Source: Candidatus Velthaea sp.
GTDB lineage: Bacteria; Vulcanimicrobiota; Vulcanimicrobiia; Vulcanimicrobiales; Vulcanimicrobiaceae
Length of the DNA stretch: 13,178 bases
Direction of reading: 5' to 3'
Assembly: GCA_050012475.1 (NCBI GenBank)
Contig: JBEKHC010000120.1
Span: 1-13,178 of the forward strand
The position numbers and the translations under genes were made by a program. The notes beneath the pieces were generated by a model. The model searched no databases, was not told the DNA's origin, and worked only from the letters and a program-made list of their open reading frames with translations. This document shows positions 5,604 through 13,178 of the stretch, one piece after another. Within the stretch, counting starts at the first letter, position 1; every line of letters begins with the position of its first letter.

Positions 5604-6530
5604 GGCCGCCTCCGCGAAATCAGGGCTGCGCCGCCGCTTCGCCGAGCTGATCGAGAAGTTTGCGCCCGGGGACGAAGCCGGGGCGAAACGCGGGGTGGGA
5701 AACGGTGCAGTGACGGCGTCGGGCGGCTCGTCCGAGAGCACACCGGACATCGCGGTAAATCCGCTGCCGACGCTGGCGCATCCGACGTTCTTGCGCATCG
5801 CACGCGGCGATGAGACGCTTGCGTTCAAGCGCGGTCGCCGCAGCATCGCGTGGGTGGAATCCGACGCCCCCGACGGCTACCTCTCGTTTATATGAAAACG
5901 CGTACGCGTATATGAAAACGCGCGTCTCGTGGTGGTCGATCCGACGCTCACGAGCATCAGCTTCGTGCGCGCGTCGGATTTCCGTGGCGGCCGCGCACGT
6001 CTCACCGTGCGCACCGCGTTGCCGGCGGGCTCCTCCGGCGAATTCGCGGTGCGCTTGGCGAATGCCGAGAGGCGTCTTCACGGACACGGCACCATAGGCG
6101 GTCGTCGATCCGCCGGCACTCGAACCCGCGACGGACGATGGCAAGAGCCGCCTGCGCGTGCCCAACATCTACGAAGTTTACTCGGCCGACTGGCCGCGGC
6201 CGAGTTCGCCAATGCCAGCGTTAGCCGGGAACACGAATCGGTCGACGACTACAGCATCGCCGTCAACATGGATAACCGTCACGTGCGGCGTCTGCTGACC
6301 ACGATCGACACCAGGCGGCCGGCATCGCGCGCGTGCAGTCAAGGTACCTGGTGCGGACCGCGTTCTATCTCTTTCTGCAGCACGAAGGCCGCCGCCACGA
6401 CCCCGCGATCTACGATGTCGCCCTCGAAGCCTACCAACAAAGCTAACTCGAACGCGTCGCGCAAACCATCGTTACCGCGATCGCCGCCGTCGACCGCATC
6501 GACTCCGCGGCATTGCTGAAACTCAAAGTC
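5602..6530 (+). pseudogene. Decayed C-terminal fragment of an unidentified protein
   Basis: Protein-like text can be stitched across frames 1/2/1/3: PLPTLAHPTFLRI..ESDAPDGYLS, SDFRGGRARLTVR, VPNIYEVYSADWP, VNMDNRHVRRLL, YLVRTAFYLFLQH..YQQS*LERVAQTIVTAI. In-frame stops at 5893, 6095 and 6444; boundaries approximate. Confidence 0.6.
5889..5922 (+). repeat. 14-bp direct repeat (period 20) around a 12-bp palindrome
   Basis: TATATGAAAACGCG at 5889-5902 and 5909-5922; ACGCGTACGCGT at 5898-5909. Confidence 0.9.
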
Positions 6531-6654
6531 GAGCGGGAAAGGGATGGCTTCCAGCGCCCGTCCTCGGCTAACCCTCGGAATGCCGCATTTTGCTTCCAAG
6601 CTCGATGCGGCAGTCGAACGCGACCAGCGGCTCCGCGACCGGAAGCGTCGCGGA

Positions 6655-7404
6655 TCAATCGATTTCGCGAGCGTTGAGATCGACGAGAGCTCCATTTATA
6701 CCGCTCGCGCGATCGCTTGCCAAGAACGTCAGCACGTCGGCGACTTCTTGCGGAGTCGCCGCTGCCGCAAGGTCATCCGCAGAATAATACGCTTCGGCGC
6801 CCGTGAAAGCCACGCCGCCGAGCACGAGGGCATTCGCTACGATGCCGTCGGCTTTATGCTCGCGCGCAATTGCAAGCATCAGCGCATTGACTCCTGCTTT
6901 CGCCGCCGCGAACAGCCCGCGCCCCGGCGCTGGCGAGATCGAGGAACCGGCGGTGACGGTCACGATGCGACCGCGCGATCGCGCGCCGTCACGATACGGT
7001 TGGCCGAGCATCGCACGAAGCGCCGGCAAGGCAAGGTTGTAGGCGGTTTCCGTGAATGCGGACAACGAACGCCGCAGATCGTCAGGACTCGAGGTCGCGA
7101 GCGGAATCAGACCGCCCCCGCTTCCGGCCAGATTGACCACCGCGTCGACGCGCCCGAACGTTGCCATGCATTCGTCGACGGCGGCCGACGCCGACCCTGG
7201 ATCGCTGAGGTCCGCCCGGATCGCGACCGCGCGATCGCGCAGTTCGGGATCGGCAGCATTCGCGATCGTCGCCACCGCACGTTCGCGTTCGCGGGAGAGC
7301 ACCGCGACGCGAGCGCCTTCGCGCAACAGCGTCGCGAGCGTGGCTCCACCCACGCGCCCGGTCGATCCAGCCAGCACGATCGCATCATCGTTGACGAGGT
7401 TCAT
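6655..7404 (-). CDS. SDR-family oxidoreductase, atypical (FxxxK)
   Basis: AGSTGRVG nucleotide loop, ADLSD, FGRVDAVVNLAG, GRIVTV, FAAAKAG, EVADVLTFLASDRASGING. Start ATG 7404 inferred. Confidence 0.88.
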   Translation of the reverse strand: MNLVNDDAIVLAGSTGRVGGATLATLLREGARVAVLSRERERAVATIANAADPELRDRAVAIRADLSDPGSASAAVDECMATFGRVDAVVNLAGSGGGLIPLATSSPDDLRRSLSAFTETAYNLALPALRAMLGQPYRDGARSRGRIVTVTAGSSISPAPGRGLFAAAKAGVNALMLAIAREHKADGIVANALVLGGVAFTGAEAYYSADDLAAAATPQEVADVLTFLASDRASGINGALVDLNAREID

Positions 7405-7522
7405 GCAGCACTCGCAGCGCCGAAGAGCTGCCGACGCATGATGACGGCGTGAGTCCAGTTTGCCGTGCGATCGGCCCTGGACGATTCGCATCTTCCGGTT
7501 TCGTTTCCGCAGCGGAGGCCGA

Positions 7523-8008
7523 TCATTCTCGACCCACAGCCTCTAACCGCGCTCGAGACGTATCGTGCGCAGCGTCGATATCCTGAACGGCCGTCGCGGC
7601 GGCCAGCCCGAATTTCGGCATGCCGTCGTAGATCGCTTCGGCTTTTCCCGGCTCGACGATGTACGTCTCGTGCCAGAGGCCGACGCTCCCCGTCCCGCGC
7701 ACGAGCTTGTTGTATTCGCGCCACGCCGGAAAGTGCGTTTTGTCGGGATCGCGCGCAAACCGCTCGAGGTCCTCGTACGATGTCCAATATTGCACCATGA
7801 GCGTGCGCGGTGGGGTAAAAAACATCTCGGCGTGCAAAAACCCGATCTCGGGGTGCCGGCTCAGCTCGCCCAGCATTTTCGGCATCGCCCGGAAAACAGC
7901 GAACCAGCGGCGGAAATCCCACCAGCGATTGACGCGCATTCCGATCAGAAACACCACGATCGGTTTTTCGAGCTGAGCGGTAACTCGTCGATTGAGGATC
8001 GGTGTCAT
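7523..8008 (-). CDS. DUF4188 domain protein
   Basis: ATG 8008 with GAGG RBS; VVFLIGMRVNRWW, AMPKMLGEL, VQYWTSYEDLERFA, H.PAWREYN, VGLWHETY, AIYDGMPKFGL. Confidence 0.88.
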   Translation of the reverse strand: MTPILNRRVTAQLEKPIVVFLIGMRVNRWWDFRRWFAVFRAMPKMLGELSRHPEIGFLHAEMFFTPPRTLMVQYWTSYEDLERFARDPDKTHFPAWREYNKLVRGTGSVGLWHETYIVEPGKAEAIYDGMPKFGLAAATAVQDIDAAHDTSRARLEAVGRE

Positions 8009-8073
8009 GACGAACCTCGTACCGGAAAGATCGCGAAGAACCGCAAGTTCGACGCCGGCGAACCGTCTCCCAG

Positions 8074-8841
8074 TCAATCGCTGCGCGCCAACCCCCGATC
8101 GGACGGCCGCGAGAGCCGCCGCGAAATACCGCGCGCCGCCGTCTGGACGGCTGCCCCGACGCGATGCGGGTCAATCCGCGCCTTCGGCCCCGTTACCGAA
8201 ACCGCGGCGAGAACAACGTCGTCGCGAAACACCGGAGCCGCAACACAAACGACGCCGGGGACGAGCTCCTCGTTATCGACGGCCGTTCGATCGCGCGCAA
8301 TGCGAAACAGTTCGGCTTCGAGCGCTACCGGATCGGTGATCGAGTGGGGTGTCTTCGCGACCAGCTTCGCCAAACCGACGCTGCTCCGAACCTCATCCGA
8401 CGAAAACGCCAGCATTGCTTTACCCAGCGCCGTGCAGTGCGCCGGCAGCCGTCCGCCGAGGCGGGTTGAGATCGGGACGCGGCGGTGGCCGCCGATCTTG
8501 GCGAGATAGACGACATCCTTGCCGTCGAGCACGCCCAGATTGACGATCTCGTGCGTCGCTTCGTACAGGTCTTCCATGAAGGGAATGGCGATTTCGTGCA
8601 AGTCGAAGCGTTGCAGCTGCACGCGTTGGCCGAGCTCGAAGAGCCGAATCCCAAGCGCGAATTGTTCGCCGGTCCGCTCCAGCCAACCGCGCTCGACGAG
8701 ACCGTGGGCAATCCGATGCACGGTCGATTTCGGCAACTCCGTCCGAGCCGCAAGTTCCGCTAACGACAGCGCGAGGTCATCGTCCCCGAACGCTTCGATG
8801 ACACGCAGGGTTCGCCCGAACACCGAAACGTCCGCCGCCAT
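8074..8841 (-). CDS. IclR-family transcriptional regulator
   Basis: HTH LSLAELAARTELPKSTVHRI; effector domain GGRLPAHCTALGKAMLA, DNEELVPGVVCVAAPV. Confidence 0.95.
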   Translation of the reverse strand: MAADVSVFGRTLRVIEAFGDDDLALSLAELAARTELPKSTVHRIAHGLVERGWLERTGEQFALGIRLFELGQRVQLQRFDLHEIAIPFMEDLYEATHEIVNLGVLDGKDVVYLAKIGGHRRVPISTRLGGRLPAHCTALGKAMLAFSSDEVRSSVGLAKLVAKTPHSITDPVALEAELFRIARDRTAVDNEELVPGVVCVAAPVFRDDVVLAAVSVTGPKARIDPHRVGAAVQTAARGISRRLSRPSDRGLARSD

Positions 8842-8852
8842 GGCGCGCCGTT

Positions 8853-8871
8853 CGTTCCATTGAGTGGAACG
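8853..8871. promoter_or_regulatory. Palindromic IclR-type operator
   Basis: CGTTCCA-TTGAG-TGGAACG in the divergent intergenic region; a weaker related site CAATCCG-CCGAT-CGGAACG lies at 8916-8934. Confidence 0.65.
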
Positions 8872-8989
8872 CCTGCTTGACGCGGTTCGGCCATTTGGCT
8901 GAGACTTGTCGTATGCAATCCGCCGATCGGAACGTTCGTCCGTCCCTCAGTCCGGCACTTTCTGATTGCTCGTACATTGGCCGAGCAGC

Positions 8990-9913
8990 ATGCCGGTAGC
9001 GGCCAAGGCGCGTTTCGCCGCAGGTTCCGGGGTGCCGCTGGTCACGCCGTTCCGAAACGGTGCGCTCGATCTCGACGCGTTTGCCGGCCTCGTGCAGTTC
9101 CAGATCGATGCCGGCACCGATGCTCTCATCATCTGCGGCAGCACCGGCGAAAACCAAGCGCTCTCACTGGACGAGCGCGCCGAGCTGATCGATTGCGCGA
9201 CCGCAGCCGCGGTCGGCCGCATCGCCGTCATCGCGGCAACCGGCTGCGAAACCGAAGCCGAGACGCTCGACCTCTCCGAACGTGCGACGCATAGCGGCGC
9301 CGACGGCCTCCTCGTCATCACACCGCGCGCCACCGCTGCGTCGCAAGACGGTGTCGTCGCGTATCTCGGCAACGTCGCGGCGCGCACTCACCTGCCCATC
9401 TACGTCTATAATTATCCGGCACGCACGCACGTCGACGTCAGCGCCGAAACCATCGAGCGGCTCGTCTACGCGCACCCCAACGTCGTCGGCCTCAAGCAAA
9501 CCGACGGCAATCTGTCTCTGGTTACCCAAGTCCGCCGCCGGCTCGGCCCCGATTTCTCCATCTTCTGCGGGATCGAACAGTTCGCACTGCCCGGCCTGAT
9601 GCTGGGCTCTGCGGGGATGATCACCGCGTCGGGCAACATCGTGCCGCGCCAGGTCGCCGATCTGTATCGCGCCTTCCGCGCCGAGCGGTTCGACGCTGCG
9701 CGCTGCTTGCACGACACACTCAGCGACATCTTCGACGCGGTCGTCTACGCCGAGTCGTCGCCGGCCGCCGCGCTCAAATACTTGCTGCGCCGCGCCGGGC
9801 GCATCCCGACGAACGAACACCGGCTCCCATCGCTCCCTCCGTCCGAACGAGACGAACGGCGGCTGCACGCCGCACTTGCCGCCGCGACCGATGCCGTCAC
9901 CGCGCTGTCTTGA
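8990..9913 (+). CDS. DapA/NAL-family class I aldolase (HpaI-like rather than true DHDPS)
   Basis: PLVTPF, GSTGE, YNYPAR, Schiff-base Lys in VVGLKQ. FCGIE motif recalls DapA-fold HpaI aldolases; PYY is replaced by PRA. Confidence 0.85.
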   Translation: MPVAAKARFAAGSGVPLVTPFRNGALDLDAFAGLVQFQIDAGTDALIICGSTGENQALSLDERAELIDCATAAAVGRIAVIAATGCETEAETLDLSERATHSGADGLLVITPRATAASQDGVVAYLGNVAARTHLPIYVYNYPARTHVDVSAETIERLVYAHPNVVGLKQTDGNLSLVTQVRRRLGPDFSIFCGIEQFALPGLMLGSAGMITASGNIVPRQVADLYRAFRAERFDAARCLHDTLSDIFDAVVYAESSPAAALKYLLRRAGRIPTNEHRLPSLPPSERDERRLHAALAAATDAVTALS

Positions 9914-11019
9914 AGATCGACGACGTCAGCCTCACGCTGTTCGCTTGGAACGGACTGCCGGCAATCCGCTACGCCGTGCAGTCGCGCGTCGAAGCGGGCT
10001 CCGGCGTCCTCGGCTTGCTCACGCTCACGACCGAGGATGGCCTCGCCGGCCATGCCTTTCTGGGTTCGGCCCTCTATCCGGCCGACGTCGACGCCACCGG
10101 GTTGATGCGCTTTCTCAAACCGCTCGTGCTCGGGCGCGATCCGCTGTGGCGCGAACGCATCGTCGCCGATTGCTGGACCCGCAGCCGGATGACCAGCGTG
10201 CGGTCCATCGGCGCGATCGACGTCGCGCTGTGGGACCTCGCCGGCAAGATCGCGGGGCTGCCCGTTCACGCGCTGCTCGGGACGTTCCGTGACTCGGTTC
10301 CCGCCTACGCGAGCTCGGCGATCCTCGACTCGCCCGATGCGTACGCTGCCGAAGCCCTGCGCTATCAATCTGCCGGCTGGCGCGCGTACAAGATCCATCC
10401 GCCGCAACACTGGAAAACCGACATCGCCGTGTGTCAAGCCGTGCGCGCGGCGGTCGGACCGGACTATCCGCTGATGCTCGACGCCGCTTGGAGTTATCCC
10501 TACGACGTCGCCTTGCGCGTCGGGCGCGCGATCGAAGCGCTCGGCTTCCTCTGGTATGAAGATCCGCTCGCCGAGCGCGACATCTACAACTGCGCGAAGC
10601 TGCGCGAGAAGCTCGACATCCCGCTCATGGCCACCGAATATCCGCCGCACGGCCTCGACGCCTACGCACCCTGGCTGCTGCTGCGCGCGACCGACTATCT
10701 GCGCGGCGACGTCGCCGTCAAGGGCGGGATTACCACCCTGGTCAAAGCCGCGCATCTCGCCGAAGCCTTCGGTCTCAAATTCGAGGTGCATCACGGCGGC
10801 AACTCGCTCAACAACGTCGCCAATCTGCACGTTCTCGCAGCCATCAACAACGCCGATTATTTTGAAGTATTGCTGCCGGACGCCGCCCACCGTTACGGTC
10901 TCGAACGCGAAATCGAGGTCGACGCAAACGGCTTCGTGCATGCTCCAACCGAGCCCGGCCTGGGCATGCCGATCGACTTCGGGCTCATCGAGCACAACGC
11001 GCTCACCACGTTACGCTGA
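9910..11019 (+). CDS. Mandelate racemase/muconate lactonizing enzyme (enolase superfamily) protein
   Basis: TTGA overlap with the aldolase stop. IDVALWDLAGKIAGLPVHALLG, KIHP, metal ligands in MLDA/YEDP/ATEY, GGIT, PTEPGLG. Confidence 0.93.
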   Translation: MKIDDVSLTLFAWNGLPAIRYAVQSRVEAGSGVLGLLTLTTEDGLAGHAFLGSALYPADVDATGLMRFLKPLVLGRDPLWRERIVADCWTRSRMTSVRSIGAIDVALWDLAGKIAGLPVHALLGTFRDSVPAYASSAILDSPDAYAAEALRYQSAGWRAYKIHPPQHWKTDIAVCQAVRAAVGPDYPLMLDAAWSYPYDVALRVGRAIEALGFLWYEDPLAERDIYNCAKLREKLDIPLMATEYPPHGLDAYAPWLLLRATDYLRGDVAVKGGITTLVKAAHLAEAFGLKFEVHHGGNSLNNVANLHVLAAINNADYFEVLLPDAAHRYGLEREIEVDANGFVHAPTEPGLGMPIDFGLIEHNALTTLR

Positions 11020-11026
11020 CGCACCT

Positions 11027-11057
11027 GTTGCGCGATCGCTCACCGATCGAACGCAAC
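11027..11057 (+). other. Intergenic stem-loop
   Basis: GTTGCG-CGATCG-CTCAC-CGATCG-(AA)-CGCAAC; no U tract. Confidence 0.45.
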
Positions 11058-11116
11058 GCACGCACCTCCGATTCGTTCACTCGATCGCTTGCACTAATTG
11101 AAGGGGGAATACGCTC

Positions 11117-12166
11117 ATGTCGAACGACGCAAAGCTGCCGACCATCTCTCGGCGCGGCCTCATCAAAGCCGGCGGGGCCGTCGCGGCGACCGCGGCCGGC
11201 GCGTCCGCGGTTGGCTGGCCGAACATCGTGCTCGCGCTCAACAAAGTACGGATCGTGATCGTGCCCAAAGGCCTCAACAATCCGGTCTTCAAAATCGCCG
11301 ATTTGTCGGGCCAGCAGCGCGCGAACGAACTGGGCGACGTCGAATTCCGCTTCACCGGGTCGCCGCAATCCGACGGCGCGCAGCAAGTCGCCGCAGTCGA
11401 CGGCCTCATCGCGGCCGGCTACGACGGCATCGGCATCTCCGTCGACGACGGTGAAACGATGATCGAACCCATCAACCACGCGATCGCCAAGGGCATTCAC
11501 GTCATCACCTGGGATTCCGACGCGCCCAAGAGCAAACGCGCGTGCTTCTACGGCGTGGACAACGTCAAAGGCGGCCAGAAGCAGGCCGATATCATGAACA
11601 AGCTGCTCGCCGGCAAGACCGGCAACGTCTGGATTCTCAGTGGCCTTGCGTCCGCGCCGAATCTGCAAGACCGGCTGCGCGGCGTGAAGATGAACCTCAA
11701 CAAAAACCTCACGATCGCCGGCACGAGCTTCTGCGACGAAGACATCGCCAAGGGCGTGACCGAAACCGAAAACGTCCTGCGCTCGCACCCCGATCTCATC
11801 GGCTTCGTCATCGTCGGTGCCTGGCCGCTGCTCGCGAGCCCCGGCGCCATGCCGCTGCTGACGGCGCGCGCGAAAGCCGGACTCAAGGTGGTCGGCTTCG
11901 ATTACGTCGCTCAGGAGTTGCCGTTCATTCAAAACGGGACGGTCTACGCGACGGTGGGTCAGGATTATTGGGGCTGGGGTTATCAATCCGTGCAGATTCT
12001 CTACAACCTCATCAAAGGCAAGAAATATCCCGATTTCGTGCCGCAGAAAATCCCCGTGGTCGATCAGTCCAACGTCGCCGACTACGTCGAAAAGTGGAAG
12101 AACGCGAACACCGTCGAGGGTGCGTTCAAGGCGTTCGGCGAGCCGCCCGTGCAGCCGCTGGCATAA
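11117..12166 (+). CDS. Sugar ABC-type substrate-binding protein (type I PBP fold) with Tat signal
   Basis: AAGGGGG RBS; SRRGLIK twin-arginine motif plus hydrophobic stretch; KGLNNPVF, YDGIGIS, VITWDSDAP, YGVDNVKGG, VVGFD, TVGQDYWGWGY. Confidence 0.92.
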   Translation: MSNDAKLPTISRRGLIKAGGAVAATAAGASAVGWPNIVLALNKVRIVIVPKGLNNPVFKIADLSGQQRANELGDVEFRFTGSPQSDGAQQVAAVDGLIAAGYDGIGISVDDGETMIEPINHAIAKGIHVITWDSDAPKSKRACFYGVDNVKGGQKQADIMNKLLAGKTGNVWILSGLASAPNLQDRLRGVKMNLNKNLTIAGTSFCDEDIAKGVTETENVLRSHPDLIGFVIVGAWPLLASPGAMPLLTARAKAGLKVVGFDYVAQELPFIQNGTVYATVGQDYWGWGYQSVQILYNLIKGKKYPDFVPQKIPVVDQSNVADYVEKWKNANTVEGAFKAFGEPPVQPLA

Positions 12167-12172
12167 CGGCGC

Positions 12173-13178
12173 ATGCAAACCACGAAGTACCTCGCGAAGA
12201 ACATCGAGTTCGTCAGCCGCTCCGACCAAGGCGGTCGGGGCGACGGCTGTCAGATCATGGTGCACCGCGGCTACGCCTACATCGGGCACCTCTTCAGCAA
12301 CGGCTTCACGATCCTCGACGTGCGCGATCCGCGCAAGCCGCGCACCGTCGATTTCATCCCGGCGCCGCCGCAGACGTGGAGCCTGCACGTGCAGACGCAC
12401 GAGGATCTGCTCTTCGTCGTCAACGCGCTCGACATGTACAACCTGCCGGTGTTTTTCGAGGAGTCGGAATACCACTCGAAGTCGGTGATCGAGACGCTCG
12501 ACGAGAAAGGTTATAGCTTCACGGCCGGGTTGCGCGTCTATAACATCGCCGACCCCGAGAAGCCGCGCGAGATCGGCTTCCTGCCCGTCGACGGGTTCGG
12601 GCTGCATCGGATGTGGTACATTGGCGGCGCGTATCTGTACGCGTCGGCGCACATCCGCGGCTACACCGACTACGTGCTGCTCGTCATCGACGTGTCGGAT
12701 CCGACCAAGCCGCACGAAGTCGGCCGCTACTGGCTGCCGGGGATGTGGGTGGCCGGGGGCGAGAAACCGTCGTGGCCCAGCGGGCGGCGATTCTCCGCGC
12801 ATCATGCGATCGTTCCGGCCGGGAGCGACATCGCGTATTCGTCCTGGCGCGACGGCGGCATGGCGCTGCTCGACATCAGCGATAAAACCAAGCCGCGGCT
12901 GATCGCACACCAGAATCTCTCGCCGCCGTTCGGGGGCGGGACGCATACGACGCTCCCGCTGCCCGACCAGCAACTCGTCATCGTGGCCGACGAATCGATC
13001 GCCGACAACTGCGCCGACGGCATCAAGTACATCTGGGTCGTCGACGTGCGCGAACCGGCCAATCCGGTGACGATCGCGACCATGCCGCTGCCGGAGGAGG
13101 ACGATTACTGCAAGCAACCCGGACACTTCGGACCGCACAACTTGCACGAAATGCGGCCGGGGTCGTTCCGCGATTCCA
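12173..13178 (+). CDS. LVIVD-repeat (beta-propeller) protein, 3' end outside window
   Basis: Not in ORF track because it has no stop. ATG 12173: MQTTKYLAKNIEFVSRSDQGGRGDGCQIMVHRGYAYIGH... with repeats FTILDVRDPRKP, LRVYNIADPEKP, LLVIDVSDPTKP, MALLDISDKTKP, IWVVDVREPANP. Confidence 0.88.
   Translation, partial: MQTTKYLAKNIEFVSRSDQGGRGDGCQIMVHRGYAYIGHLFSNGFTILDVRDPRKPRTVDFIPAPPQTWSLHVQTHEDLLFVVNALDMYNLPVFFEESEYHSKSVIETLDEKGYSFTAGLRVYNIADPEKPREIGFLPVDGFGLHRMWYIGGAYLYASAHIRGYTDYVLLVIDVSDPTKPHEVGRYWLPGMWVAGGEKPSWPSGRRFSAHHAIVPAGSDIAYSSWRDGGMALLDISDKTKPRLIAHQNLSPPFGGGTHTTLPLPDQQLVIVADESIADNCADGIKYIWVVDVREPANPVTIATMPLPEEDDYCKQPGHFGPHNLHEMRPGSFRDS

Noticed and set aside
5889..5922. CRISPR-like or iteron interpretation of the short repeat
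   Set aside because: Only two 14-bp copies 6 bp apart; no cas or rep gene.
6632..6654. Hairpin TCCGCGAC-N7-GTCGCGGA right after the SDR stop
   Set aside because: No U tract and such stems are common at this GC content; not called as a terminator.
6544..8509. Plus-strand ORFs 6544..7452 and 7565..8509
   Set aside because: Arg-rich shadows of SDR, DUF4188 and IclR on the opposite strand.
9745..10995. 416-aa minus-strand ORF
   Set aside because: Antisense shadow of the enolase-superfamily gene.
11003..13147. 714-aa minus-strand ORF
   Set aside because: Antisense shadow of the SBP and LVIVD genes in high-GC DNA; no recognisable motifs.

Overview
High-GC bacterial window with four blocks. (1) 1-787: 3' end of a TetR regulator coupled to a pyridoxamine-5'-phosphate-oxidase-like gene. 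(2) ~980-3790: a visibly more AT-rich toxin-antitoxin patch with four type II modules. These are DUF433 with a frameshifted DUF5615/PIN toxin, a truncated GNAT toxin fused to a decayed copy of the TetR gene, an intact vapBC with a clear operator and probable leaderless promoter, and mazEF with a frameshifted MazF. (3) 3971-5567: an ECF sigma factor and zf-HC2 anti-sigma pair, divergent from an apparently split DM13 gene (anchor micro-ORF plus separately secreted DM13 domain). Three copies of a bipartite motif CTGTAACG-N13/14-CGAGAC, a likely ECF promoter, sit here, one inside the sigma gene pointing at the anti-sigma gene. A decayed hypothetical gene follows (~5600-6530). (4) 6655-13178: an intact IclR-associated catabolic cluster. 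IclR, DUF4188 and an atypical SDR lie on the minus strand. A DapA/HpaI-like aldolase, an enolase-superfamily enzyme, a Tat-exported sugar-binding protein and an LVIVD-repeat protein (runs off the window) lie on the plus strand. All family calls come from motif recognition by eye; no searches were run.
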